DNA of 64,000 nucleotides from Planktothrix sp. GU0601_MAG3 (GTDB lineage Bacteria; Cyanobacteriota; Cyanobacteriia; Cyanobacteriales; Microcoleaceae): NCBI GenBank assembly GCA_035193785.1, contig CP136572.1, positions 1,812,578 to 1,876,577 of the forward strand, read 5' to 3'. Shown piece by piece: positions 25,601 to 39,200 of this stretch (position 1 is its first letter; each line of letters starts with the position of its first letter). The notes under the pieces were generated by a model. It saw only the letters and a program-made list of their open reading frames with translations, ran no database searches and was not told where the DNA came from. The position numbers and the translations under genes were made by a program.

Positions 25601-28600
25601 GTTGCCCCGGTTTTAAAAATTGCCAGAATACTAATGATTAGGTTTTGATTCCGTCCCATCATTAGCCCCATTACTTTGCCCGCACCTAGCTGATATTGAT
25701 GTTGTAAATAATGGGTTAAACGATTAACTTTTTGATTCAATTCTTGATAGGTAAGAGTGGTTTCTCCACAAACTAAGGCGGGGGCATTGGGGGTTGCGTT
25801 AACTTGAGAAACAAAATCATCAATGATGGTAGCATTTTCCGGTAGTTCTCTGGTTTCTCCGATTAACTTGGCTAGTAAATTTTCCTGTTGTAATTTGGTT
25901 AATAAAGGTAACTGATGGAGCAAACTATTGGCATTGTGAATTACCCCATCTAACAAAATTTCAAAACTTTCGAGAAACTGTTTAATTGTCTCTTGTTTAA
26001 ACAGTTCTGTATTGTAATTACAGTAAATAATCAGGTTATTATTGACTTCAATAAAGTTAAATCCGACATCAAAAGGAGTATAGCCAATTGGTTCTGGTGG
26101 CAGGGATACTTTTAATCCCTCAAACTTAGGTATAGTTAAACTAGGGTCTATATTAAAAGATACTGAAATCAGGGGAGAACGGGAAAAATCCCGTTGTAAT
26201 TGTAGGGCGGCTAATAAATCTTCTAAAGTATAACTTTGATGTCTAAAAGCGGCGATGAGTGTTTGTTTAGTCCGTTGCAAATGTTCAACAAAGGAATTCG
26301 TGATATCTACTGGAATCCGAATCGGTAAAAATTGTGAACAAAAGCCAACTAATTGGTCGCTACCTTCTATTTGTCGTCCCGAAATGGGAATCCCAATTAC
26401 TAAATCTTTATGGCTAGAAATTCGGCTTAAAAAAGCTGTGTAGGCGGCGAACATTGTCATAAATAATGTGGCTTGATTTTGGCGTCCTACGGTTTGTAAA
26501 TTTTGCCAAAGTTCAGGTGCAACAATTTTACTTTCTTGACCTCCAGTGTACGTTTTAACTGCTGGACGGGGAAAGTCGGTGGGAAGCTCAAAGGCGGGAA
26601 TTTCTCCTTGATAGGTTTTCAACCAAAAATCACGATGTTCTAACATCTGTGGACTTTGCGCTTCTTGCTCTCGCAAAGCTAAATATTGGCGAAACTGCAT
26701 CGGGAGTTCTAAAGGTTCTGTAGTAGCATCAATTTGGGTAGAATAAAGTTGACCAATTTCATCCAAAATTAACCCTAGTGACCAACCATCTACAACGATA
26801 TGATGGGTTTTTAAAGATAATAGGTAATGGTCGGGGGTTAGGCGGATTAAGATAACAGCAAATAAAGGAGCTATAGACAAGTCAAAGGGCTTTTTGGAAA
26901 ACTGAGATCTCAATGCTAAAGCCATTGCTTGGGGATTCTGTTCATCGTTTAAATTAATTAAGGTCAACGGAATTTTGACGCTATTAATAACTTCCTGTAC
27001 TTCCCCTTGTTCTACTATTTTGGTTCGCAAAGCTTCGTGACGATTGATAACTTGATTAATCGCTTCTTGTAAAGCTGAAATATCTAAATCACCCCTTAAC
27101 TCTAAAGAGGCTGTGACGTTATAGGAGGCGGAGGCATTTCTATCTAATTCTGCCAATAACCAAAGCTGACGCTGGGCTTCACTGGTAGGAAATTGCTGAT
27201 TTATTGGGTTTAAATTTCCCCTCCCATCTTCATCATTGCCCTCGATATTCTCCTCTTGCTTCTTTACTTTTGGAAGTTTGACATTTGCAAAAAAACCCCC
27301 TTGCTGTAATTCAATAATCGCTGATTTAACCGCAGCTATAACTTTATCTATATCTTCATTTGTATGGCAGGTAGAGAGAAAACAAACTCGTTTTTCCCAT
27401 GTATAAATACCTTTAAGATTTAACAAGTAATAAAACAAAGGTAATTCAATAGGTTGTAGGAAAAGACTATAGGCTCCAAAAGGTTCAAAGCGAAACAAAG
27501 AACCAAAATTAACAATACGGATGGGAATTCCTATTTCTTGAAAGAACTGATTCATCTCCGTAGCCAATCGTTGGGTTAATTGATTTACCCGTTCCTGAAT
27601 GGTGGGACTTTGTTCTTTAAGATATAAAAGCACCGCGCGACAGGCTGCCAATGCCAAAGGATGACGACAGAAAGTTCCTCCAAAAGCGGTTAATTCGGTT
27701 TGGGGATGGGAGTCATCACCGTATTCCCAGAAACCGCCATCAACGGTATCTAAGAAATCTGCTTTTCCGCAAATCATACTGATAGGTAAACCCCCACCAA
27801 TTGCCTTACCATAAATAACGATATCTGCCTCAATATTGAACCATTGTTGCGCCCCTCCCGGAGCAATCCGAAAACCCGTAATAATTTCATCAAAAATCAG
27901 GGCAATCCCTTTTTCTTGAGTTAATTTTCTTAACTTTTGCAGAAATTCTTGAGGTTGTAAATCGGGTTTACGACTTTGAACAGGTTCTACTAATACTGCT
28001 GCTAAATCATCGGCATGAGCCGCAATAATTTCTAAACTTTCTTCGACTCCATAACTCAAAACAATTACATCTTCAACCATTCCTGATGGTGTACCTAGAC
28101 TTATGGGTTGAGCAATGGTTGAATCCTCTCCCACTCGCGCTAGAATGCCGTCAAAAGTGCCGTGATAGGAACCAGAAAACATTACGATTTTCGGGCGTTT
28201 TGTGCGGGAACGAGCAATCCTAACAGCCGCCATAATTGCTTCGGTTCCAGTATTACTAAAAGCCACCCTTTCTACCCCGGCTATTTCACTAATTAAAGCC
28301 GCCGTTTCTGCGGCTAGATTAGACTGCATTCCTAATCCGATTCCTTGCTGCATTTGTTCCTGAAACTGCTGCTATAACAAAATCAGGACTATGGCCAAAA
28401 AAGTTAACGCCAAATCCCATGGCTAAGTCAATATAATCATTGCCATCAATGTCACGAAAACAGGCTCCTTGGGCTGATTCTGAAACAATGGGATACTGAA
28501 ATTCTTTTAAGGTCATCCGAAAATCAATGGTGGGTTTGACATCAACCATTGTTTTCCGGCTATTTTGGGAATAGGCTTTTGATTTTGCGGTTTTTTGGTT

Positions 28601-31600
28601 ATAAATAGCCTGGAGATTGTTAATAAAATCCTGCTGTTTTTTAGTTAAGGATTTATTCTCATCGAGCTTGAGTGCTAGGGGATTTAAACTGGGAGAACTT
28701 GGTTTTTGAGGTGATTTAGTTTGCTCTTTTTGAACAGGAGATATTGTTTCTATTTGATGGTTTTGAGATGGAATAATTTCCGTCTGAACTATTGGTTGTT
28801 CGGTGATGATGTTGGGTGTCATCCCTACGGATTGAAGAATTTCTAATTGCTTAATAATGGTTTTCTCATGGATATCTTTAAGGTCTTTTAAAGATTGCAA
28901 TTGAGCCATCATTAGGGCTTCTTTGCCAGAGGTGGCGATTGGAAATTGGGGTGCTTTTGGCGTTTGGGGAATCGGCATTATTTCCGCAGCAGCACAGGCA
29001 ATAATTAATTCTTGACCGTTGTAAATACTAATATTGTTTTGTTTAGAAAAACTATTAGCAGTGGCAAAACCGCAGCGTTTTAAAACAGAACACCAACTTT
29101 CTCCACTCAATAAAGGTGTATCTAAACGTAGTTCTTTATCTTGGAAACGCCACCATCCAGGGGTCAATCCAAAGGTTAAATTAAGCCAGGAATTATTTTC
29201 GACGGTTTCGAGTAGAATTAAGTAACCACCGGGGAGCAGTAGCTCCCTAATATTAGTCAGGGTTTCTGTAATATTGCGGGTGGCATGAAGAACATTAGCT
29301 GCCACAACTATGTGATAAGAATGGGCGGGTATTCCTTGAGAGGCTGGTGATTTTTCAATGTCTAATTGATGAAAGTTGAGGTTATATTTGCTCTGGAATT
29401 TTTGACGGGCTTGATTGAGTAAAAATGGAGATAATTCGCTAAAAGAATAGGCGACCTGATTGGGATTTAAGTTATTCAGAATTATTTCAGAAGTGGCTCC
29501 AGTTCCCCCTCCGATTTCGATAATTTTATAAGGGTTAATACTGGCGGGAAAATTGTTTAAAGTCAGGTTAATTGCCTCAGCTACCCGTTGATTCATTAAA
29601 CGAGAGACAGGAGAATTTCCATAGATACTTTCAGCATGAGTAACTGAAACCTTCTGGGAAAATTAAGGTTAAGGGGTCTATATTTCCTTTGAGCACTTCG
29701 GCTAAATTTTCTCCGCAGCGTTGCAGCATTTCTAACTCCGGTTTTGCCGAGGGACAAGTTTTTTGCAGATTTTCTATAGCTTCTGGTATGGAAAAAGACG
29801 CAGGTAAGTTTTTAACTGTCCAGATATTACCTTGATTTTGGATAATATTAGCTTGCGCTAAATCCTGTAAATAACGAGTAACTAAAACCTGATATTTTGC
29901 CGCAATGGGTAAGGTTTGTTTGAGGCTTTCTGTTGTCCAGGTTTCTCCTAGATTTAGGGTTTTCCCCAGGGTTTCTAATGCTTTGATAATATAGGCAGTG
30001 GCAATAGGTTGTAATTGAGAAATAACTTCTATATAATTGTTTATTTCTGGATCAAAATTAACAATTTCAGCTTGATTTAATTTAGTTTTTTCTGAAGCAG
30101 TTTCTAGGTTTTTGGGTTCAATAGAATTATAGATATATTCAGCAATATCGGCAATAGTTTGTAAGTCGGTGAATAACTGATCTATTTGGACTTTTACTTT
30201 AAACTTTTCTTCAACTTTGCGGGAAAAATCTGTTAAAATAATAGAGTCTGCCCCTAGATTTAATAGGGTTTCATCATCCCGAATATCATTTTGATCCTCT
30301 TTGAGCAGGAGGGCAAGAATAGACTTTAATTGCTGGCGGATTTCGAGTTGATGTTTTTGCATATTTTGTATTTTTAGTTCAGTGATTTTAGTCGTTTCTG
30401 GTTCGGGATATATTTCTTTAATTTGGGTGGTTTCCTGCCCAACAGTTGGTTGAAATTGAAACCGTTTTCTTTGAAAGGGATAATTGGGTAATCTTACTTG
30501 TTTATATCCATAATTTTGATTAAATTTTTCCGGGTTAAAATAGACTCCATTTAGGTACAGTTGACCCAATGCCGAGAGCATTGTCTGCCAGTTATCTAAA
30601 CCTCGATTCAGTGAACCAAGCCAGATAGCTTCATCGTCATAACGACGCCCCTGTTCTGCGAGTATTGGTCTTGAACCGACTTCTAAAAACAGATTATATC
30701 CTTTATTTAGTGCCGTGTTCAAACTTGCTAAAAATTGTACGGGTTGACGGCATTGCTGTCTCCAGTAGGTCGCATCCGGGGCATTTTCTAAAATTTTTCC
30801 GTCCATTCCTGAAAGTAACAGAATTTGGGGGCGGTGGTAAGAAATCCGACCAGCTTCCTGTTCAAATTCATTTAAAATTGGCTCCATTAAGGGAGAGTGA
30901 AAAGCTTGATTAACGGAGAGATATTGAGTTGCAATTCTTTGCTGTTTACAGTTAATAATAATTTCCTCAATACTGGCAATTTCTCCAGAAATTACAATTT
31001 GTTGAGGATGATTAATAGCTGCAATGGCTACGGTATTTTTATAGTTTTGAATCAGGGAAAGTACCTTAGCTTCATCGGCAAAAATTGAAGCCATTTTTCC
31101 GGTTTTTGTAGTTTGCATTAATTGACCCCGTTTCACAATTAATGCTAGTCCTGCTTCTAAGCTAAATACTCCGGCGATACAAGCGGCTATATATTCCCCC
31201 ACGCTATGTCCAATCAGTAAACTGGGTGTAATTCCCCAGGATTTCCAAAGCATAGCAATGGCATATTCTAGGGCGAATATGGCGGGTTGAGCGTAGGCGG
31301 TTTGATTTAGTAAATTGGTGTGTTCACCAAATAATATTTCGGTTAATGGATATTCTAAATAACTCGATAAAATTTCTGCACATTGATCAATATATTGACG
31401 AAATGTGGGTTCGGTTTGGTAGAGTTGCTCACCCATCCCTGGATAACAAGCACCTTGACCCGTAAACAAAAAGACAACTTTAGGCTGTTTTTCTTCGGTA
31501 AAGCGTTGATAAAAAGTCAAATTATCCAGGGGAGTTTGATCGGCAAAAGCGACTAATCTCTGTTGTAATTCTGGCAAAGTATTAGCCACAATTGCTAAAC

Positions 31601-33154
31601 GTTCAGATAACTTTGCCCTCCCAACCGCCGCACTATAACAAATATCTCCTATTTCTGGATGGGATTTTAAGCGGGTCGAAAAACGTTGAGCTAGTTCTTG
31701 TAAAGCGGTTTTGTTATGAGCAGAAATAGTTAATAAATAACTAGGAAGGGGTTGCTTAATTTCTGTTGTCTTTATCTCCGGTGCTTTTTCCACAATTATA
31801 TGGGCATTTGTTCCCGAAAAACCGAAGGAAACTCACCCCAGCCATGGGAGTTTTATTATTGTTTGGCCAAGGGATAGTTTGGGTGGGAATTTTGATAGCA
31901 TTGTCTTGCCAATTAATCAGAGGATTAGGGGTTTGAAAGTGAAGATGGGCAGGTATTTCACCCTGTTGAAGTACCAGAATTGTCTTGATAATTCCCGCCA
32001 TCCCGGCGGCGGCTTCCAGGTGTCCGATATTGGTTTTCACCGAACCCACATAAAGGGGCTGGGAGCGTTTTCCATAAACAGAAGCGATCGCATTCATTTC
32101 TATTGGGTCTCCCAAAGAAGTTCCCGTGCCATGGGCTTCTATATATCCAACGTCTTCTGGGGTGATTCTAGCATCGGCAATGGCTTGACGGAGCAGTTCT
32201 TGTTGCGCTGGGCCACTGGGAACGGTCAACCCGGCGGCAGCCCCGTTATGGTTAACCGCCGACCCCCGCAAAATGGCAAGAATCCGATCGCCTTTTTTCT
32301 GTGCCTCTGATAAAGTTTTTAAGACTAAAACCCCACACCCTTCTCCGCGCCCATAACCATTAGCAGAAGCATCAAAAGTTTTGCAGCGACCATCGGGGGA
32401 CAACATTCCCGACTGGGAAAGATTAATCGTAATTGCCGGATTTAAAATGAGGTTAACCCCGGCAACTAAAGCCAGTTCACATTCACGATTTCTGAGGCTA
32501 CGAATTGCCTGATGAACTGCTACCAAAGAAGACGCACAGGCCGCATCAATAGATAGACAAGGCCCCCTAAGATTGAAGAAATAAGATAGTCTACCTGCGG
32601 CTGCACTCAGGGCATTTCCCGTGCCAAAAAAAGAATCAATTTGATCATAACTACTGTTGTAAACCGTAATGGCATTATCAACACTGGTGATGCCAACAAA
32701 TACCCCTACGGGATTATCTGCTAAATTATTCGGGGGTAAATTGGCATTTTCTAACGCTTCCCAAGTTACTTCTAATAGTAACCTTTGTTGGGGATCCATT
32801 GAGGTGGCTTCGCGGGAAGAAATAGAAAAGAAACGGGCATCAAATTCTGTAATATCCTGTTGAAGAAATCCACAATATGGAGTGTTTATTTTTCCCGGTG
32901 TCGGTTTCTTTTGCATAAAATTTTGAGCTATCCCAACGACTTTTAGGAACTTCTGTGATCGCGTCGAGTCCAGCTTGACAATAATTCCAATATTCTTCGG
33001 GAGATGTAATACCACCAGGAAAACGACATCCCATGCCAACAACCGCAATGGGCTCTTTTTGTCTGGTTTCCAATTCGGTAATACGAGCCTGCATTACCTC
33101 CATTTTTGTTAAAGTTGTTGCGATTAATTTTTTATAATCTGTATTTTGAACCAT
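22682..33154 (-). CDS. mcyE: Hybrid PKS/NRPS McyE (KS-AT-ACP-CM-aminotransferase-C-A[Glu]-T-C), ~3488 aa after correcting 6 insertions
   Basis: KS (DAACASS), AT (GHSVG, QAFHS), ACP (GADSI), MT (IEIGGGTG), class III aminotransferase (FDEIITGFR, YGKAIGGG), C (HHIVVDGWS), A pocket DPRHSGVVGK (Glu), T (IGGHSL) and terminal C (HHIISDGWS). Confidence 0.96.
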
Positions 33155-33211
33155 GCAGGCTCCTGGTATTTATTTACCTATAGATTTTTAACTGTATCAG
33201 ATTTTGTTTGA

Positions 33212-36200
33212 TTAATCAAGCTCAATTAACTTCTGATTAAGTAATATAGCCAGTTCCTCCTCACTCAGACTATCATAGGGATTTAGAGACTCTGTGGGTG
33301 CATCCGTTTTGATCTCAAAATCGAGATCACCCGCTAGTATTTCTGCTCGCAGGTAAGCACTTAAACTTAGGATATTAGGATAATCAAAAATGATCGCGGC
33401 GGACAAGGTGCAACCTAAATCATTTTCTAGGCGATTTTTAAATTCTATTACCATTAGGGAGTTTAAGCCTAAGTCTAAAAATGATGTTTGTTGAGAAATA
33501 ACCTTATTAGATTTTAAGCCAGTAACTTCGCGTAATATCTGTTCAATTCCTTGAGATAAAGTGGTGATGCGCTCATCTATGGAGACGGATTTTAACCTTT
33601 GCAATAATTTGGCAGAATTTTCTGGTTTTTGTGCTTTTGGGGTTAATACTTCGGAAAAGAAGGGTTGCTTAATATTAAAAGATTGGTTAAAAATAGACCA
33701 GTCAATATCAAGAATTACTCCTTGGACAACATTACCTAAAATCAACGAATCGAGGTATTTAAAAGCCGTATCAGCCGACTGACTTTGAATCCCCCAATTA
33801 GCAAAACGTTGTTGTTCAACTTCATTCCCTGTATTCCAAGCTCCCCAATTAATACTAATTCCCGGTAATCCTAAACTATGTCGTTGCTGCATTAAAGCAT
33901 CCATAAAAGCATTAGCAGCAGCATAATTACTTTGACCAGGGGAACCCAGAATTACAGCAGCAGAAGAAAAGCTAATAAAAAAGTCTAAAGATCGGGAGCG
34001 AGTATGGCGATCTAATAATAAAGTTCCTTCTACTTTAGGACGCATGACATTTTGATATTTTTGCCAATTTTGGTTAATTAAAAGTCCATCATCCCAGACA
34101 GCCGCAGCATGAATTACCCCTCGTAAAGATGGTAAATCTGCACCAAAACGAGAGAATAATTGTTCCATCTCTAGGGGGGAAACTAATATCAATACCGATA
34201 ATTGTAATCTCTGTTCCTTTTTCGGCAAACGCAGCAATTAATTCGGGTTGAGCTTTAATATTCCGACTGCATAAAACTAAGTGACTCGCCCCCATTTTTG
34301 ATAACCATTCAGCGACTAATAATCCCAGTTTTCCCAAACCTCCAGTGATTAAATAGGCTCCTTCTTTGCTCACAAACTGCTGTTTTTGCGCTGGGGGAAT
34401 GGTCGCAGAAACTAACCTAGCTCCATAACGGTTTCCCCGACGTAAAGCTAGACGGAGTTCATTATTTGAAGTATGCAATTGATTGAATAATAACTCAGCT
34501 TCATCTGCTTCTGCTGTCGTCGATAAATCTAAACATACACAACGCATTTGGGGATATTCTTGATTAATAACTGCTCCTAATCCCCATAAATAAGATTGTT
34601 GAGGATCTAGGGAAGGATCTTCTAATACTTGATTAGCACCACGGGTAATTAGCCATAAATCAGGTAATTTTTGCCAGTTATTAGTCAGGTTTTGAATTAA
34701 GTTTAAGGCGGCGTGACAACTTGTATAAACGCTCTCTATATCCTCTGCAACTGATCCGGTTTCCCAAGAAAAAATTACGCCCGTGGGAAATTCTCCCGAC
34801 GGATATGCTTGTTGATATAGACGCTGAAAATCATTTTTTTCAGCCGGATTGATCGCAAAATAATCTTGAGAGTGGCATTTATAGTTATTACCAATTTCTA
34901 CTATTATAACTTTTTCTCCCGCTTTTTTCAATAAATTGACCAAGGGATTTAATGCCGTTTGAGGATGCACAAATATTAACCAAGAATTGTTAAGATTGTT
35001 AGTAACAGTTGGTAGTAAAGCAAGTTTTTGCCATTGAACTTGATAAAAACAATTTTTCTCAGTTTCTTGCCATAAACGCTGTAAAACTTCTGGTTTAGTC
35101 CGCCGTGCTGTTAAATTTGTAAAGCGAGCACAAAGCTGTTTTTCCTGATTATAAATATTTACATCTACGCACATTTCACCCTGAGAATCCGATTTAACGT
35201 CAACCTGTGTCCAAACTTGATCATCAGGATTTCGGAATAATTCTAAGGAAGAAAACCCATAGGGTAAATGCAATTCTTGACCATGAATTTCAGGAAAAGC
35301 TGCACCAATACTTTGCAAGCAAGCATCTAAAAGGACAGGATGGAAACAATAACGCTGGTCTGCTAAACTGCGGTCAATACTAATCTTAGCCTGGGAACCA
35401 TTTTTAAAGGAAAATAATTCTTGAATCCCTTGAAATCCCTTGCCATAGGTGATTCCCATTTGCTGATAAAGTTCATAGAATCGAGAAATAGAAACCGCTT
35501 CCCGTTTCTGCTTTTAGATCATTTTTAAATTCCGATTCAGCCACTCCTTTGAGATTATTAGATTCAACCTCACCAGTAACATGAAGAATCCATTGATCGG
35601 CTGTAGAATTATGACTAAATATTTCAAAACTATAGCTTTGTTTAGATAATTTTTGTGGTTTAAAAATTATTTGTAATATTATGGGAGTTACCGATAATAA
35701 CAATCCCTGATGAATTGAGACATTTTGAAGGGTGATGAAATTATCAGGTAATATTTTCTGACTGGCGGCTAGAATTGCTTCTATAAATCCTGTCGCTGGA
35801 AATAAAACCTTCTCAAATACCTGATGTTCTTGAAGATAATCTGGCTGCTCAGAACTGATCTCGCCCTCAAATATAATTTCCCCGGTCGCTAACTTTTTAA
35901 AATCTCGAATAAAAGGATGTAAATTAGTTTTTATGTCGGTGACAGAAAATTCAGAATTTGATATCCAATAACGTTCCCGTTGAAATGGATAGGTTGGTAA
36001 AGAAATCCGTTTCCCTTGTTTAAATACCTGCGTCCATTCTACAGAATAACCATTGACAAAAAGTGTCGCTAAACTTCTATATATTTGGGCTTGTTCATCT
36101 TGTCCGGGTATAATGCTAGGGAGCCATAATATTTTTTGATTGGGCGAAATTAGTCGCGCCATACCCAATAATACGGGTTTAGAACCAACTTCCAGAAAAC

Positions 36201-39200
36201 AGCGATAACCACTATCAATTAAGAACTGAAACCCCTGGCTAAACTGCACCGTACTTCTAAGATGATTAACCCAATAATCGGGAGTCGCAATTTCTTTGCC
36301 GATGGGTTTACCTGTGATATTACTAATAATTGTTAAGCTAGGTTCATGCAGTGAAATGTTCTCTAAAACCTTAGCAAAATCATCAAGAATTGGCTCCATT
36401 AACGGCGAATGGAAAGCATGGGATACAGCCAAACGTTTGGTTTTATATCCTTGATCTATAAAGGTTTTCTCTAGTTGATCAACAATTTCATTTACCCCAG
36501 AAATCACTGTGATTGAGCCGTTAGCCGCACCAATATTAACTTGATTTTGATAGGAAATCAGGGCCGTCGCTACGGTTTCATAATCGGCATAAATAGCTGC
36601 CATACTGCCATTGTGGGGTAATTCTCCCATTAGCCGACCCCGTTGGGTAACTAATTTTAAAGCATCTTCTAAGGAGAAAACTCCGGCTAAACAAGCTGCT
36701 ACATATTCGCCAATACTATGTCCTAAAAGTGCTGAAGGTTTCTATTCCCCAAGATTGCCATAATTTAGCCAGTGCATATTCAAAAGAAAACAGCACGGGC
36801 TGGGTGATTTGAGTCTGTTCTAATAGCTGGCTATTGGGCAATTTAAAGATTAAATCCAACAGGGATTTTTCTAAAATAGGTTCTAGGATTTCATTACAAA
36901 GATCTAAAGTATTTTTAAAGACGGGTTCTCGGTGATAAAGGGTTTCTCCCATTCCCGAATATTGCGAGCCTTGGCCGGAAAATAGAAAAGCTATTTTTAG
37001 ATGATTTTCTGATAAAATTGGTGTAATTAATTGTTGAGAATCCTCACCTTTTTGGAAACTAGCCAGTGCTGCTTGTGCCGTTGTTATTGATTCGGCTAAA
37101 ATACAGAGTCGATGCTGAAAAATAGCCCGTCCCGTAGTAGCTGTAAAACAAACATCAGCAAAATTCACAGACCCATCCAAAGCGTTTTGATAATTTTTAG
37201 TTAACTCTTGGAGAGATTTTTCGGAACGAGCCGAAAGCGGTAATAGGTAAAAATTATGCTCAGATTTTTGAGGTAAATTAGAGTCAATTTCCCCCACAAT
37301 AATATGGGCATTTGTCCCACTAAAACCAAAGGAACTTACTCCGGCAATTCGTTGGCGCTCACTAGGATTCCAGGGTTTTCCGCCTACGGGAACTTCAAAA
37401 ATATTAGAACTCCAATCAAACCGAGGGTTAGGTTTTTTAAAGTGAAGATGGGGAGGAATTTTATGGTGTTGTAAAGCTAAAACTGTTTTAATTAATCCGG
37501 CAATTCCTGCCGCTCCTTCTAGGTGTCCTAAATTTGTTTTGACAGAAACCAATAACTAAAGGTTGATTCGGAGGACGTTTACCAAAAACCGCGGCCATAC
37601 TTTCTAATTCAATCGGATCTCCCAGGGCAGTTCCCGTACCATGAGCTTCGATATAATCTATTTGTTCTGGTTGCAGATTTGCTGTGTTTAGGGCTTGATA
37701 TAATAATTTTTCTTGCGCCGCCCCATTCGGGACTGTTAACCCACTACTGGGGCCGTCATGGTTAACTGCTGTAGCATAAATTTTGGCTAAAATATGATCG
37801 CCATTCTTAATAGCTTGACTCAATCTTTTAAGCACAATTATTCCACAACCTTCGCCCCGCACCATTCCATTTGCACTTTCATCAAATGTTTTACAATGTC
37901 CATCGGGTGCCAGCATTTGGGCGCGACTTTCAATTAAAGAAATAACCGGGGTAATCATAATATTAACCCCCCCGGCTAAAGCCAGATCACACTCACCATT
38001 TCGCAAGGCATTGTAAGCTAAATTTACTGCTACTAAGGAGGAAGAACAAGCGGTATCAATTGTCATTGATGGCCCCTGCAAACCCAGGATATAAGAAAGC
38101 CGACCGGAAACTACACTAACAGAAGTTCCCGAGCCCGTATAGGCATTAATTGCTTTTGGAGAATAACTTAATTGGGCATAATCTTGAGTCATGCACCCAA
38201 TAAAAACGCCCGTTTGACTATTGCGTAATTTTTGCGGATTTTGTCCTGCCATTTCTAATGCTTGCCAGGCGGTTTCTAATAGCAAACGTTGCTGAGGATC
38301 AATTGCGATCGCTTCCCGTGGAATAATGCCGAAAAATTCAGCATCAAATTGATCAATTTGCTCTAAAAATGCACCATAGGGAGAGTATATTTTACCCGCT
38401 TTATCGGGATCGGGATCATACCAATCTTTCATATCCCAGCGATTTTTAGGAATTTCTCCGACGGCATCTTTTCCCTGTTCTAAAAGTTCCCAAAAGGATG
38501 TTAAATCCTTAGCACCGCCGGGAAATTGGCAAGCCATACCAACAATTACAATCGGATCTTCTTCTATTTGTGGTTTATCTAAGGTAGATTCTTTAGTCTG
38601 TTTTTGAGGGATTTCTGATGGTATTTTTTCGAGAATAGGAGTTAGTATTGGTTCGGAACTATCTAAAACTTCCCGTAGTAAATAATCGGCTAAGGTTTCT
38701 ACATTGGGAAAACGAAATGCAATGGTTGATGGCAGGGAACAATCAAAATCCGTTTGCAAAAGATTGCGAAGTTCTGTGGAGGTGAGGGAGTCCATTCCTA
38801 AATCAAAAAATCCTTGTTGGGGAGCAATAATTTCATCATTTGAGTGTCCTAAAATATTGGATACACACCAACTCAGATGATTAATTAACCAACTACGACG
38901 CTGTTTTATAGGTAGGGTTTGCCATTGTTTTAAAATATTGGAAGACGGACTAGAATCCTGGGGTTTAACTTGAGATCGGAAATTTTGATAAAAACTTTGG
39001 TTAATATAAGGAAAACGTTGCCAGTCAATGATAATTACACCCGCACGAATAATCTGATTAAATAGGATTTTTTCTAGGGTATTAAGAGCTAAATTAGGTT
39101 TAATTGCTTGATAACCTTTAGAGGCTAATCTCTCTAAAACATTACGATCTACTGCGGCACCAATTTCGCTCCAAGGCCCCCAGTTAATCACAGTTTCCTG